NCBI GenBank assembly: GCA_964016885.1
Contig: OZ024742.1
Location: 195,486,001-195,550,000, forward strand
Direction: 5' to 3'
Length of the DNA: 64,000 bases
Source of the DNA: Eledone cirrhosa
Taxonomy: Eukaryota
The position numbers and the translations under genes are program-made. Shown piece after piece: positions 29,505 to 38,830 of this stretch (positions within the stretch are counted from its first letter, which is position 1; the number at the start of each line of letters is the position of its first letter). The notes under the pieces were generated by a model. It did no database searches. It was not told where the DNA came from and saw only the letters and a list, made by a program, of their open reading frames with translations.

Positions 29505-32500
29505 CTACAGGCTGATATAGAGAGAAGGCCCATTCACTCGGGCCATTCTCGCCACTTTCACCCACCTTTCATAAAACTTGCTGGGGTACAGCACCTCTCT
29601 CTCCATCCTGATTCTTCTTCCAAAGTGGTATTTGAAAAAAAGAATCAGTTGTTGGCCGGAGAGAAAGGTGTCTGACCTCAGCCCTTTCAACCTTGTCCAC
29701 CATACAACCTCTTTCGCCATAGCTATCACACAAAGGAAAACCGCCTCTCCTTCGTTTTTGAAGGAGGGTGGCGGTTTGATCATGACAATGGACTCGGTGG
29801 TCAACCGGATTGGTCCCACCCGCGACAATAGTCGTTCTACATATCCCCACAGGTCAGTGACGCCCGGGCAGTGTATGAATGCGTGCGCGACGGTTTCTTC
29901 GTCTCGCACGCACCTCGGACAGATCTTTTTTGCAGGGTCCCTGCCCGGGCGCCCATGTCTGTAGAGCTTGTCTCGAACTGGTAGAGCTCCTCGGGAGCAC
30001 TGCCAGGCCAGGGACTTTTGGAAGTTGTCCATCGGTCCCGGGCGGAAGGTCCTACCGAACAGACTGGCCAGTTCATCTTCCTCCACGCCCAGAGTTTCAC
30101 CGAGCGCGTCGTCGCACTTGCTGCGGACCAACCCTCTATAGAATGACGAAGTGGAGTCTCCACTGATCGCCGGGTCCGCCTGCCAGAGGGCTGTGAGCGC
30201 CTGAGCACATTCGATGTGCCAGTCGCCCATTTTCCTCGGTCTCTGCTTGACCCAGGACTGCAGCTCGGTCAGTGAGACGAGTCGTGGGAAGGCTCGCCTC
30301 ACGAACGGGGCCCACACCGGTTGTCCGGTGAGGAATACGTAGAGATGCCGCAGCCTGAGCGCGTGTTTGCGCATCGTCAACCACGGCATCCCCAGCCCTC
30401 CGTTAGAAGGGTGTTGGCAGCAGATGGATCTTCTTACCAAAGGAGCCCGCCTTTTCCAAAGTAATCGGAAGAGGGCGCGCTCCATTTTGGCGAGCGTTTT
30501 GGCTGGACAAGGCACGACGGTCAAGCGGTAGTAGATGGCGGACGCTATAAAAGTGTTCGCCACCTCCGCTCGACCTTTCAAGGATAGTTTGCACTCGGCC
30601 CACTTCTGGGTGAGTGCAAACACCTTGGCCGTCACTTCGTTCCAGTTCTTCTCCACCTGGAGGTCCGGACCAAACCAGACCCCGAGCAGCTTTACCGGTC
30701 CTTCCGTCCAGCGTCCGACGACGCCATCGGAAGGCATCGGTTTGCCTCTCCACGATCCGAGTTGCAAACCGATGGACTTGTCCCGGTTCAGCTTCGCTCC
30801 TGTGAGACTTTCGTATTCCTTTAGTAAGGTGCCGACTTTCTCGATTTGCGAGGCGCTCGACACCATTACTGTCACGTCGTCGGCGTAGGCCGACGCCGCT
30901 TTCCGCAGTCCCGGTTCCAGAGGGATGCCCTGCAATAGCTCCAGCTTCCGCAGTAGTGGCTCGAGAGTCAGTACGTACAGAAGGGAGGAGAGAGGGCATC
31001 CCTGTCGAATGGATCGCGTAATATGGAACGGCTCCGAGAGGTAACCGTTCACCTTGACCCTTGAGCAGATGTTGCTGTTGTGCATTGCAGCAATCCAGCC
31101 CCTGAACACGGGTCCGAAGCCTGCCGCCTCGAGCACCGCATCCAGGTAACGATGGTCAACCCTATCGAAAGCCTTAGACTGATCCAAGTTGATCAGGGCC
31201 CCACCGAAGCCGGGTTTACACCCTACCCTCTCTATGATGTATCGCATGAGGTGGAGGTTGTTGTGTATGGACCTGGTCGGGATCGCGCATGTCTGCGCTT
31301 CTCCCACCAGGTTCTCGACGACAAGCGCCAGCCTCTTTGCCAACACCTTGGCCAAAATCTGTAACTCTGTGTTTAGCAGAGTTATGGGCCGGAAGTTGCC
31401 TATGTCATCCCCCTTATTCTCGTCCTTCCTGATTAGTGTGACCACGCCCCCGGTTACAGAATTGGGAATTCTCCCGTTCTGTTGCCAGTTGCAGTAGACC
31501 GCTTCCAGGAGACCGGAGAATAAGTCCGGCATTGCTACGTAAAATTCGTAGGGTAGACCGTCGAGACCTGGAGATTTGCGTTTGCCGCATTGGCTCAGCG
31601 CGTCCCCTATCTCAGTGGCTGAAATCGGCTTTTCGCAGAACTTCGCCTCGCTGTCCGAGAGTCGCGGTAGGCCGTCGAGGTATGGACCGAAATCCATAGC
31701 CTCTCCCGGCGCGCCGCTCCCCCCGAACAGCCGAGCAAAGTGCCGCTGAAAAGCCGCACACATCTGCTTCGGCTCACGTATCACGCGTCCGTTTTGGTCC
31801 TTCAAAGACCGAATCGTGGACTTGTTGCCACTTTTTGCCTCCGTCACTCGGGCCCAGCTAACAGCTTTGGCTCCCTCGTTTCCCAGAGCACGTATTTTGC
31901 TTCTGACAACGCAGCCCTCGTGCTTTGCGTCGAAGAACTGGTCCAAGGCCGTTCTCGTTGCTAGCACGCTGGCTACGTTGCCACTTCTAATAGCCTCTTC
32001 TACTTTATCTACCAGTTCCTTCTCGGTTCTATTTCTATCTAACGCTAATTCTTTACTAAAAACTATCGAGTCTAATCTAACTGCCCTCTTGAGAGAGTAC
32101 CACCATCTGTTGTTGACAATGGCCCCTGTCAAGTGCTGTTTAACTAAAGTGCTAATCCGTCTACTGTAGGCTTTGCTTGTCGGTAACGACAAGTTCAGCT
32201 TCCAGTAGCCGGGTCCTTGTCTATGGGTTCTATCAAGGTTGGCCATGCAGGTCACTAGTTTGTGATCTGAATAGGCAACCATGAACATTTGTGGACAGCT
32301 TAACATGTCCCTATCCTTATTTCTAACTAGAACCCTATCTAGGTACGATCTAGATGTTCCGCTACGATTACTCCACGTCCACAGTGGCGCAGTCGGAAAA
32401 TCTAGTCGATATCTATCGGCCAGGTCAAATCGGTCGATTAACTGTTTGAGGCTGTTACACCCCCCTTTATCGGGACATGCTCCCACATAGTCCCAACGTG

Positions 32501-32942
32501 CATCTAGGATTCCATTCCAGTCCCCCACTAAAAGCAAGGAGCGGGACGTTCCCAGAAAAGTCTCTAGACGTTTGAAGAAGTCTGGCCGCGGTGTCCCGGA
32601 TGGGGCATATGCGGCCACCAGCCTGAAGGCTCCACCTTCACTACCGTCAACGTCTAGGACCACCAGTCGACCCTCCGGGTCCAGATGTACCGTCTGTGTT
32701 ACGAGGCCCAGGTGTTTCCGCAGCAAAACGGCAACTCCGCCCCCACCCCCCGGTTGACAGAGAGATGCGTAGATCTCAAAGTCATCGAAGATGGGGGCCA
32801 GCTGTCGCTCGCCGTGGATCCTGGACTCGCAAATGGCTACCACATCCAAACTGTGCGACCTGAGGTCGTTTAAGAGTTTGCCCTGTTTCCAGGGCATCCC
32901 CAGGCCGCGTACGTTCACACATCCAACTCTTATATTGGCCAT
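29505..32942 (-). CDS. LINE ORF2 protein: APE endonuclease, reverse transcriptase and zinc-binding domain, 1145 aa
   Basis: VNVRGL, GDWN, YLDRV, YSDH, GPGYWKLN (Tx1/L1-type), KSPGLDGLP, FRPITLLN, KAFDRVDH, RQGCPLS, AYADD, CPRC...ETVAHAFIHC. Confidence 0.97.
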   Translation of the reverse strand: MANIRVGCVNVRGLGMPWKQGKLLNDLRSHSLDVVAICESRIHGERQLAPIFDDFEIYASLCQPGGGGGVAVLLRKHLGLVTQTVHLDPEGRLVVLDVDGSEGGAFRLVAAYAPSGTPRPDFFKRLETFLGTSRSLLLVGDWNGILDARWDYVGACPDKGGCNSLKQLIDRFDLADRYRLDFPTAPLWTWSNRSGTSRSYLDRVLVRNKDRDMLSCPQMFMVAYSDHKLVTCMANLDRTHRQGPGYWKLNLSLPTSKAYSRRISTLVKQHLTGAIVNNRWWYSLKRAVRLDSIVFSKELALDRNRTEKELVDKVEEAIRSGNVASVLATRTALDQFFDAKHEGCVVRSKIRALGNEGAKAVSWARVTEAKSGNKSTIRSLKDQNGRVIREPKQMCAAFQRHFARLFGGSGAPGEAMDFGPYLDGLPRLSDSEAKFCEKPISATEIGDALSQCGKRKSPGLDGLPYEFYVAMPDLFSGLLEAVYCNWQQNGRIPNSVTGGVVTLIRKDENKGDDIGNFRPITLLNTELQILAKVLAKRLALVVENLVGEAQTCAIPTRSIHNNLHLMRYIIERVGCKPGFGGALINLDQSKAFDRVDHRYLDAVLEAAGFGPVFRGWIAAMHNSNICSRVKVNGYLSEPFHITRSIRQGCPLSSLLYVLTLEPLLRKLELLQGIPLEPGLRKAASAYADDVTVMVSSASQIEKVGTLLKEYESLTGAKLNRDKSIGLQLGSWRGKPMPSDGVVGRWTEGPVKLLGVWFGPDLQVEKNWNEVTAKVFALTQKWAECKLSLKGRAEVANTFIASAIYYRLTVVPCPAKTLAKMERALFRLLWKRRAPLVRRSICCQHPSNGGLGMPWLTMRKHALRLRHLYVFLTGQPVWAPFVRRAFPRLVSLTELQSWVKQRPRKMGDWHIECAQALTALWQADPAISGDSTSSFYRGLVRSKCDDALGETLGVEEDELASLFGRTFRPGPMDNFQKSLAWQCSRGALPVRDKLYRHGRPGRDPAKKICPRCVRDEETVAHAFIHCPGVTDLWGYVERLLSRVGPIRLTTESIVMIKPPPSFKNEGEAVFLCVIAMAKEVVWWTRLKGLRSDTFLSGQQLILFFKYHFGRRIRMEREVLYPSKFYERWVKVARMARVNGPSLYISL

Positions 32943-32975
32943 GTTGGTGCTGAAAAGTTAAAAGAGGAAAAGAGA

Positions 32976-34892
32976 TCACTCACCCTTCGCCTCCTGGGGA
33001 CCAGGCCGCACGATTTCCATGGGGGTGTTGGAGGGGTTGTCTGGATGGGTGGTGGTTTCCGGCGGGGTGGGGACGCAGATGTTTGGTGGGGTGGGGTCTG
33101 GTGGGATGGGGGTGTCTGGGGTGGGGAGGCATTTGAGAAGGACGCGGTTGAGTGGTTTCACGCAGGAATTCCCCACATCCTTCTCAAATGTTTCTTTTAG
33201 GGACCTATAAGTTTGTATAGGGACCCTAATCAGTTTTAGGTTCATTTTTTTGCTATTTTTTATAGAGTGGGCGAAAGTTTTCCCTTCGGTGAAAACCGAA
33301 GGGTCGTTCGTAATGGTCTCCATTAGTGTTTTGTTTTCAGTGTTTATGTAAGTGTAAGTGTAATTTTCTTGTGTTGTGTTTGTTTTTGTCTGTAGTTCTT
33401 GTGTGTGCTTTCGTTTTGTTGTAGGTATTTTGTTTTCAGGAGGTGGGGGTTTTGTTTGTGATATTTTTGTTGTTTGTGTTGGTGGTTGTATGTTTGTGGT
33501 AGTGTTTGCTGGTTTTTTGCTTTTGTGATGTCTTTTCTTTCTTTTCGAGCGATGGGGTTCTCCCTCGTCTTCACTGGGTGATGGCGAGATAGCCTCATCT
33601 GTTGTATCGTCTGTGTGATTGGGGAGGGGTATGTCTTGGGGAGTTGTTGTGTCTGTATGTGATTTTGCAGTGGTTTTAGGTGGAGTGAGGTTGGGTGGGA
33701 CTGTGTTTGTTGTGGTTATTTTTGTGTGTTGGTGTTGTTGTTGTAGTGGTAGTGTTGGTGGTTGTGTTGTTTTGATGGGTGTTGGCAGAAGAGCCTTTTT
33801 TTGGTTCATTAGTTTAGGACAGGAAGCCCTCAGGTGACCCCTGCTAAAGCAATGGTAACATGAAGGCCGCCTACCCTCAACCGAAAGGTTTATGTAGGTA
33901 AGTCCGTCCAGGAGTACACGCTGTGGGATCATAGCTATTCGCTCTGGGCTCATTTGCACCAGAACTTCAATGCTAGTCCCATTGAATACATTTCTGGGGG
34001 ACTTGCCTACTGACAGTATTCTGTCTTCATCAAAATTGATGAAGCCGCACAGTATCCACCATATGTTCACCTTTGGTGTGACACTTGTGATTCTGATCTT
34101 TTGTGTCCTTTTTCCCATGTATGTAGGGAAAAAGGTGTACAGGTTGGATACAATTGGCGACACAGAGTAATTTTGGGCCGTCAATTGATCCTTCATCAGT
34201 ACCGAAATACTCCCAAAAAGTTTGCTTCTTTGAATGAATGCAATATCATTCATTGAATCTTTGAAAACCAGTTCAATATCTTTCTGTGACAATTGGACTG
34301 GTTTTCGGGTAGAATTGGAAACTGTCCTAAAAACTATCGTTTTGAGAGCAGTTTCCTTGCGAATTTCTACCGGAGAATTGATGCTGAAAGCACCATTTTT
34401 TTCGAAGGTGACATATCTCTTAGCGTCCTTTAAAAGGTGTTCAGCATTTGTTATGTCGAGATATATCAATTGTTCTTTCTTTTGAACTTTCTCCGCAAAG
34501 GAGATTTTTGGTTTCTTTGTGGAATCCGTATTGGTGGTGTTGTCATTATTGTTGTTATTCTTGTTGTTATTCTTGTTGTCACCGATGTTGGTATCATCCG
34601 TATTTTCCTTGGTGTTGTTGTTGTCTTTGATGCTGGTGTTATTGGCGTTGTCTTTATTTTTTTCTTTGTTGTTGTTATCATTGTTGCTTTTATCATCATT
34701 ATTGGTTTTGCTGTTATTTTTGTTGTCATTGAGCTGTTTGGTGTCATTTGTGTTGTTTGGATGTGAATTCGTTTTTTTATTTTCATTTTGTCTTTCCATC
34801 TCTATAGTATCTAGTGAAGAAGACGTTGTTGACTGCGAGCTTTGTAGTCTTACCGCCTCTCCACCACCATTATCGTTGGACGCAGCGTTCAT
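32976..34892 (-). CDS. LINE ORF1 protein (gag-like, CCHC zinc knuckle), 638 aa
   Basis: Upstream of ORF2; CYHCFSRGHLRASC; Asn-rich N-terminus and Pro/Thr-rich linker. Confidence 0.92.
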   Translation of the reverse strand: MNAASNDNGGGEAVRLQSSQSTTSSSLDTIEMERQNENKKTNSHPNNTNDTKQLNDNKNNSKTNNDDKSNNDNNNKEKNKDNANNTSIKDNNNTKENTDDTNIGDNKNNNKNNNNNDNTTNTDSTKKPKISFAEKVQKKEQLIYLDITNAEHLLKDAKRYVTFEKNGAFSINSPVEIRKETALKTIVFRTVSNSTRKPVQLSQKDIELVFKDSMNDIAFIQRSKLFGSISVLMKDQLTAQNYSVSPIVSNLYTFFPTYMGKRTQKIRITSVTPKVNIWWILCGFINFDEDRILSVGKSPRNVFNGTSIEVLVQMSPERIAMIPQRVLLDGLTYINLSVEGRRPSCYHCFSRGHLRASCPKLMNQKKALLPTPIKTTQPPTLPLQQQHQHTKITTTNTVPPNLTPPKTTAKSHTDTTTPQDIPLPNHTDDTTDEAISPSPSEDEGEPHRSKRKKRHHKSKKPANTTTNIQPPTQTTKISQTKPPPPENKIPTTKRKHTQELQTKTNTTQENYTYTYINTENKTLMETITNDPSVFTEGKTFAHSIKNSKKMNLKLIRVPIQTYRSLKETFEKDVGNSCVKPLNRVLLKCLPTPDTPIPPDPTPPNICVPTPPETTTHPDNPSNTPMEIVRPGPQEAKGE

Positions 34893-35358
34893 AACGTAAT
34901 CAAAATTTTACAATATTTTTTCCAAGATTCGATGGAGAAAAATTTTTTAAATGGATATTCCGCCCCTGAAGGGGCGAAAATGAGTTGACCCACCACCTGA
35001 AGGTCCAGACGGGTGGTCAAGTTACACAATGATATAAAATTGAACTAAAAACTCACGTTTTTTCCTTACATAAATTAACGGAAACTTCTCCGCGAAGTGA
35101 CACACGACTGATAGAGAGATAGATAGATAGATAGATAGATAGATTTCTTTATTTACCATAAAGGCATAAAAAGAAGGGACAAATACAAAGGGGGAGTTTA
35201 CATATAATCGAGTAAAAAGGGTGTAACATGAAAATAATCGAAAATAACCTCAAAAGGGAGGGGACGTGATGGGGGTTGCACACACCCCCGAAAAAGTGTG
35301 CAATCCTTTGCCCGGGGAGCACATGGAGAAGGTGCTCCCCTCTCCTTTACTTCTTTAC

Positions 35359-38300
35359 CTACAGGATGGTATACAGAGAAGGCCCATTTACACGAGCCAT
35401 TCTCGCCACTATCACCCACCTTTCATAAAACTGCCTGTGGCCAAGCACCTCTCTCTCCATTCTTATCCTTCTTCCGAAGTGATATCGGAAGAAGTAGACC
35501 AGACTATGGCCAGAGAGGAAGTTGCCTGACCTCAGACCTTTCAATCGTGTCCACCAAACAACCTCTTTCAACATGGCTATTACGCACAGAAAAACCGCCT
35601 TTGCTTCCTTTGTGAAGAGGGGAGGCGGTTTGATTGTCATCACGGACTCGGCTGTCAATTTAATCGGCGCCACCCGCGACAGCAGTTGTTCGGCGTAGCC
35701 CCACAGATCAGCTACGCCCGGACATTGCACCAATGCGTGCGCCACGGTTTCTTCGTGACGCACGCATCTAGGGCAAATCTTTTTTGAGGGATCCCTGCCC
35801 GGGCGCCCGTGTCTGTAGAGCCTCTCTCGAACGGGTAGAGCCCCTCGGTAGCACTGCCAGGCCAGTGACTTCTGGAAGTTGTCCATTGGTCCTGGGCCGA
35901 AAGTCCTACCGAACAGGCTGGCCAGTTCGTCTTCTTCCATGTCCAGCGACTCTCCAAGGGTGTCATCGCCCCTGCTAGCCACCAGCCCTCTATAGAATGA
36001 TGAGGTGGATTCTCCACCGATGGCCCGGCCCGCTTGCCAGAGAGCCCTGAGCGCCTGAGCACACTCAGTGTGCCAGTCTCCCAGTTTTCCGGATCTTTGC
36101 TTGACCCAGGACTGTAGCTCGGTGAGTGAGACGAGTCTCGGAAAGGCTCGTTTCACGAACGGAGCCCACACCGGTTGACCAGTGAGGAATACCTGTAGGT
36201 GCCGTAGCCTTAATGCGTGCCTACGCATCATCAACCACGGCATCCCCAGCCCTCCTTTCGAAGGTTGTTGGCAGCAGATGGATCTTCTCACCATAGGAGG
36301 ACGCTTCTTCCAAAGAAATTGGAAGAGCATGCGTTCCATGGTGGTGAGTGTTTCCTTAGGGCAAGGCACGACAGTCAGGCGGTAGTAAGTGACGGACGCT
36401 ATGTAAATGTTCGCCACCTCCGCCCGGCCTTTTAGGGACAGCTTACACTTGGCCCATTTCTGGGTTAGTGCAAACACCTTGTTCGTAACCTCGTTCCAGT
36501 TCTTTTCCACCTGGAGGTCCGGTCCAAACCAGACCCCAAGCAACTTTACCGGGCCCTCCGTCCAGTGTCCGACGACACCATCGGGAGGCATCGGTCTGCC
36601 TCTCCACGTTCCGAGTTGCAGCCCGATGGATTTTTCCCGGTTCAGTTTCGCTCCTGACAACCTTTCGTACTCCTCCAGTAAGGTACCGATCGCCTCGATC
36701 TCCGAGTCGGTTGATACCATTACTGTTACGTCATCGGCGTAGGCCGAAGACCGCTTTGCTCAATCCTGGTTCCAGGGGGATACCCTGCAACAACTCCAAC
36801 TTCCTCAGTAAAGGCTCGAGAGTCAATACGTACAGAAGGGAGGAGAGAGGGCACCCCTGTCGAATGGATCGTGTGATTTCGAACGGCTTCGAAAGGTAGC
36901 CGTTCACCTTGATCCTAGAACAGATGTGGTTGCTATGTAGGGCAGTGATCCAGCCTCTGAAAACAGGACCGAACCCAGCCGCCGCTAGCACCGCATCCAG
37001 GTAACCATGGTCGACCCTATCGAAGGCCTTAGACTGATCCAAGTTGATCAGGGCCCCACCGAAGCCGGGTTTGTTGCCAACCCTCTCTATGATGTATCGC
37101 ATGAGGTGGAGGTTATCGTGAATGGACCTGGATGGGATAGCACATGTCTGCGCATCTCCCACCAGGCCACCCACGACAAGCGCCAACCTCTTTGCTAACA
37201 CCTTGGCCAAAATCTTTAACTCTGTGTTTAGCAGGGTTATGGGCCGAAAATTATTTATACTATCCCCCTTTTTCTCGTCCTTCCTCACCAGCGTGACTAC
37301 GCCCTTGGCTACAGAACAAGGAATTCTCCCGTTCTGCTGCCAATTGCAGTAGACCGCTTCGAGGAGTTCGGAGAAGAAGACCGGCATTGCTAAATAAAGT
37401 TCGTAAGGTATACCATCGAGACCTGGAGATTTGCGTCTGCTGCATTGGCTCAGCGCATCTCCGATCTCATCAGCCGAGATTGGTCCCTCGCAGGACTCCG
37501 CCTCTTTGTTCGAGAGACGCGGCAGGCCGTCGAGGTATGGACCGAAATCCACGCCCCGGCCCGGACCCTCGCCTCCCCCGAACAATCGGGCAAAGTGCTT
37601 TTGAAAGGCCTCGCACATCTGCTTAGGCTCCCGGATCACTCGTCCATCTTCGTCTTGCAACGACCGGATGGTGGATCGATTTCCACTTTTAGCTTCTGTC
37701 ACGCGGGCCCATCCAACGGCTTTGGCCCCCTCATTACCTAGAGCACGTATTTTACTTCGAATGACGCAGCCTTCATGCTTTGCATCGAAAAACTGGTTCA
37801 AGGCCGTCCTCGATGCCAGCACTCTGGCCACATCTTCGCTCTTGATTGCCTCTTCTAATTTACCTGTTAATTCTTTCTCGTTTCTATTCCTATTGGCAGC
37901 AAACATCTTGCTATAACTTATTGATTCTGTTCTAATCTCTCTTTTGAGAGATGCCCACCATCGGTTGTTGACGATTGCACCCGTCAACCTCTCCTTAACT
38001 AATCTGCTAATCCGGTTTCTGTAAGTCTCTTTTGCCGGTAAAGACAAATTAAGTTTCCAGTAACCGGGACCCTGTCTATGTGTTTTCTCGAGATTGACCA
38101 CGCAGGTCACTAATTTGTGATCCGTGTAGCCAACCGTGCGCATTTCTGGACAGCTTAATATGTCCCTATCCTTACTTCTAACTAAGAATCTATCTAAGTA
38201 CGATCTAGATTGACCACTGTGGTTTCTCCAAGTCCAGGTAGGCACAGTTGGAAAATCTAGTCGATATCTATCGACCAAGTTAAAACGGTCGAGTAACCCC

Positions 38301-38797
38301 TTGAGGCTGTTACACCCCCCTCTATTAGGACATGCTCCTGCATAGTCCCAACGTGCATCTAGGATGTCATTCCAATCCCCCGCTAGAAGCAGGGAACGCG
38401 ACGTTCCCAGAAAAGTCTCCAAACGCTGGAAGAAGTCGGGCCGTTCAGCTCCGAAAGGGGAGTAGACGGCGACCAGTCTCAAGGCCGCACTTTCACTACT
38501 GCCAACGTCTAGCACCAACAAACGACCCTCCGGGTCCGAGTGCACAACCTGTACGGCAAGACCCAGGTGTTTTTGCAGCAGCACGACAACCCCACCCCCA
38601 CCTCCAGGTTGACAGAGAGATGCATGCACCTCAAAGTCATCGAAGGTGGGGGCCAGCTGCCGCATGACGCTGATTCGAGTCTCACAGATAACCATTACAT
38701 TTATACTACATGACCTGAGGTCATTTAGAAGCTTTGCTTGCTTCCAAGTTGAGCCCAGGCCACGTGCATTCAAACATCCTACTCTTAACACATCCAT
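35359..38797 (-). pseudogene. Copy C ORF2 with a single +1 frameshift just before AYADD
   Basis: ORFs 36731-38797 and 35359-36720 join; ggccgaagaccgc here versus ggccgacaccgc in copy A, near 36748. Confidence 0.92.
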
Positions 38798-38830
38798 GTG
38801 GGCGGCAGAGCCAAAGGAGAGTGTAGAGAC

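Larger units (their letters stand above)
29267..35110 (-). mobile_element. Tx1-like LINE copy B, intact and full length
   Basis: 5' UTR, open ORF1 and ORF2, 3' UTR ending AATAAAGAAAT, flanked by (GATA)n. Confidence 0.96.

Noticed and set aside
32950-32983. 34-nt mini-intron fusing ORF1 to ORF2 in copy B
   Set aside because: Very short, would put ORF2 out of frame, and the acceptor is absent in A and C.
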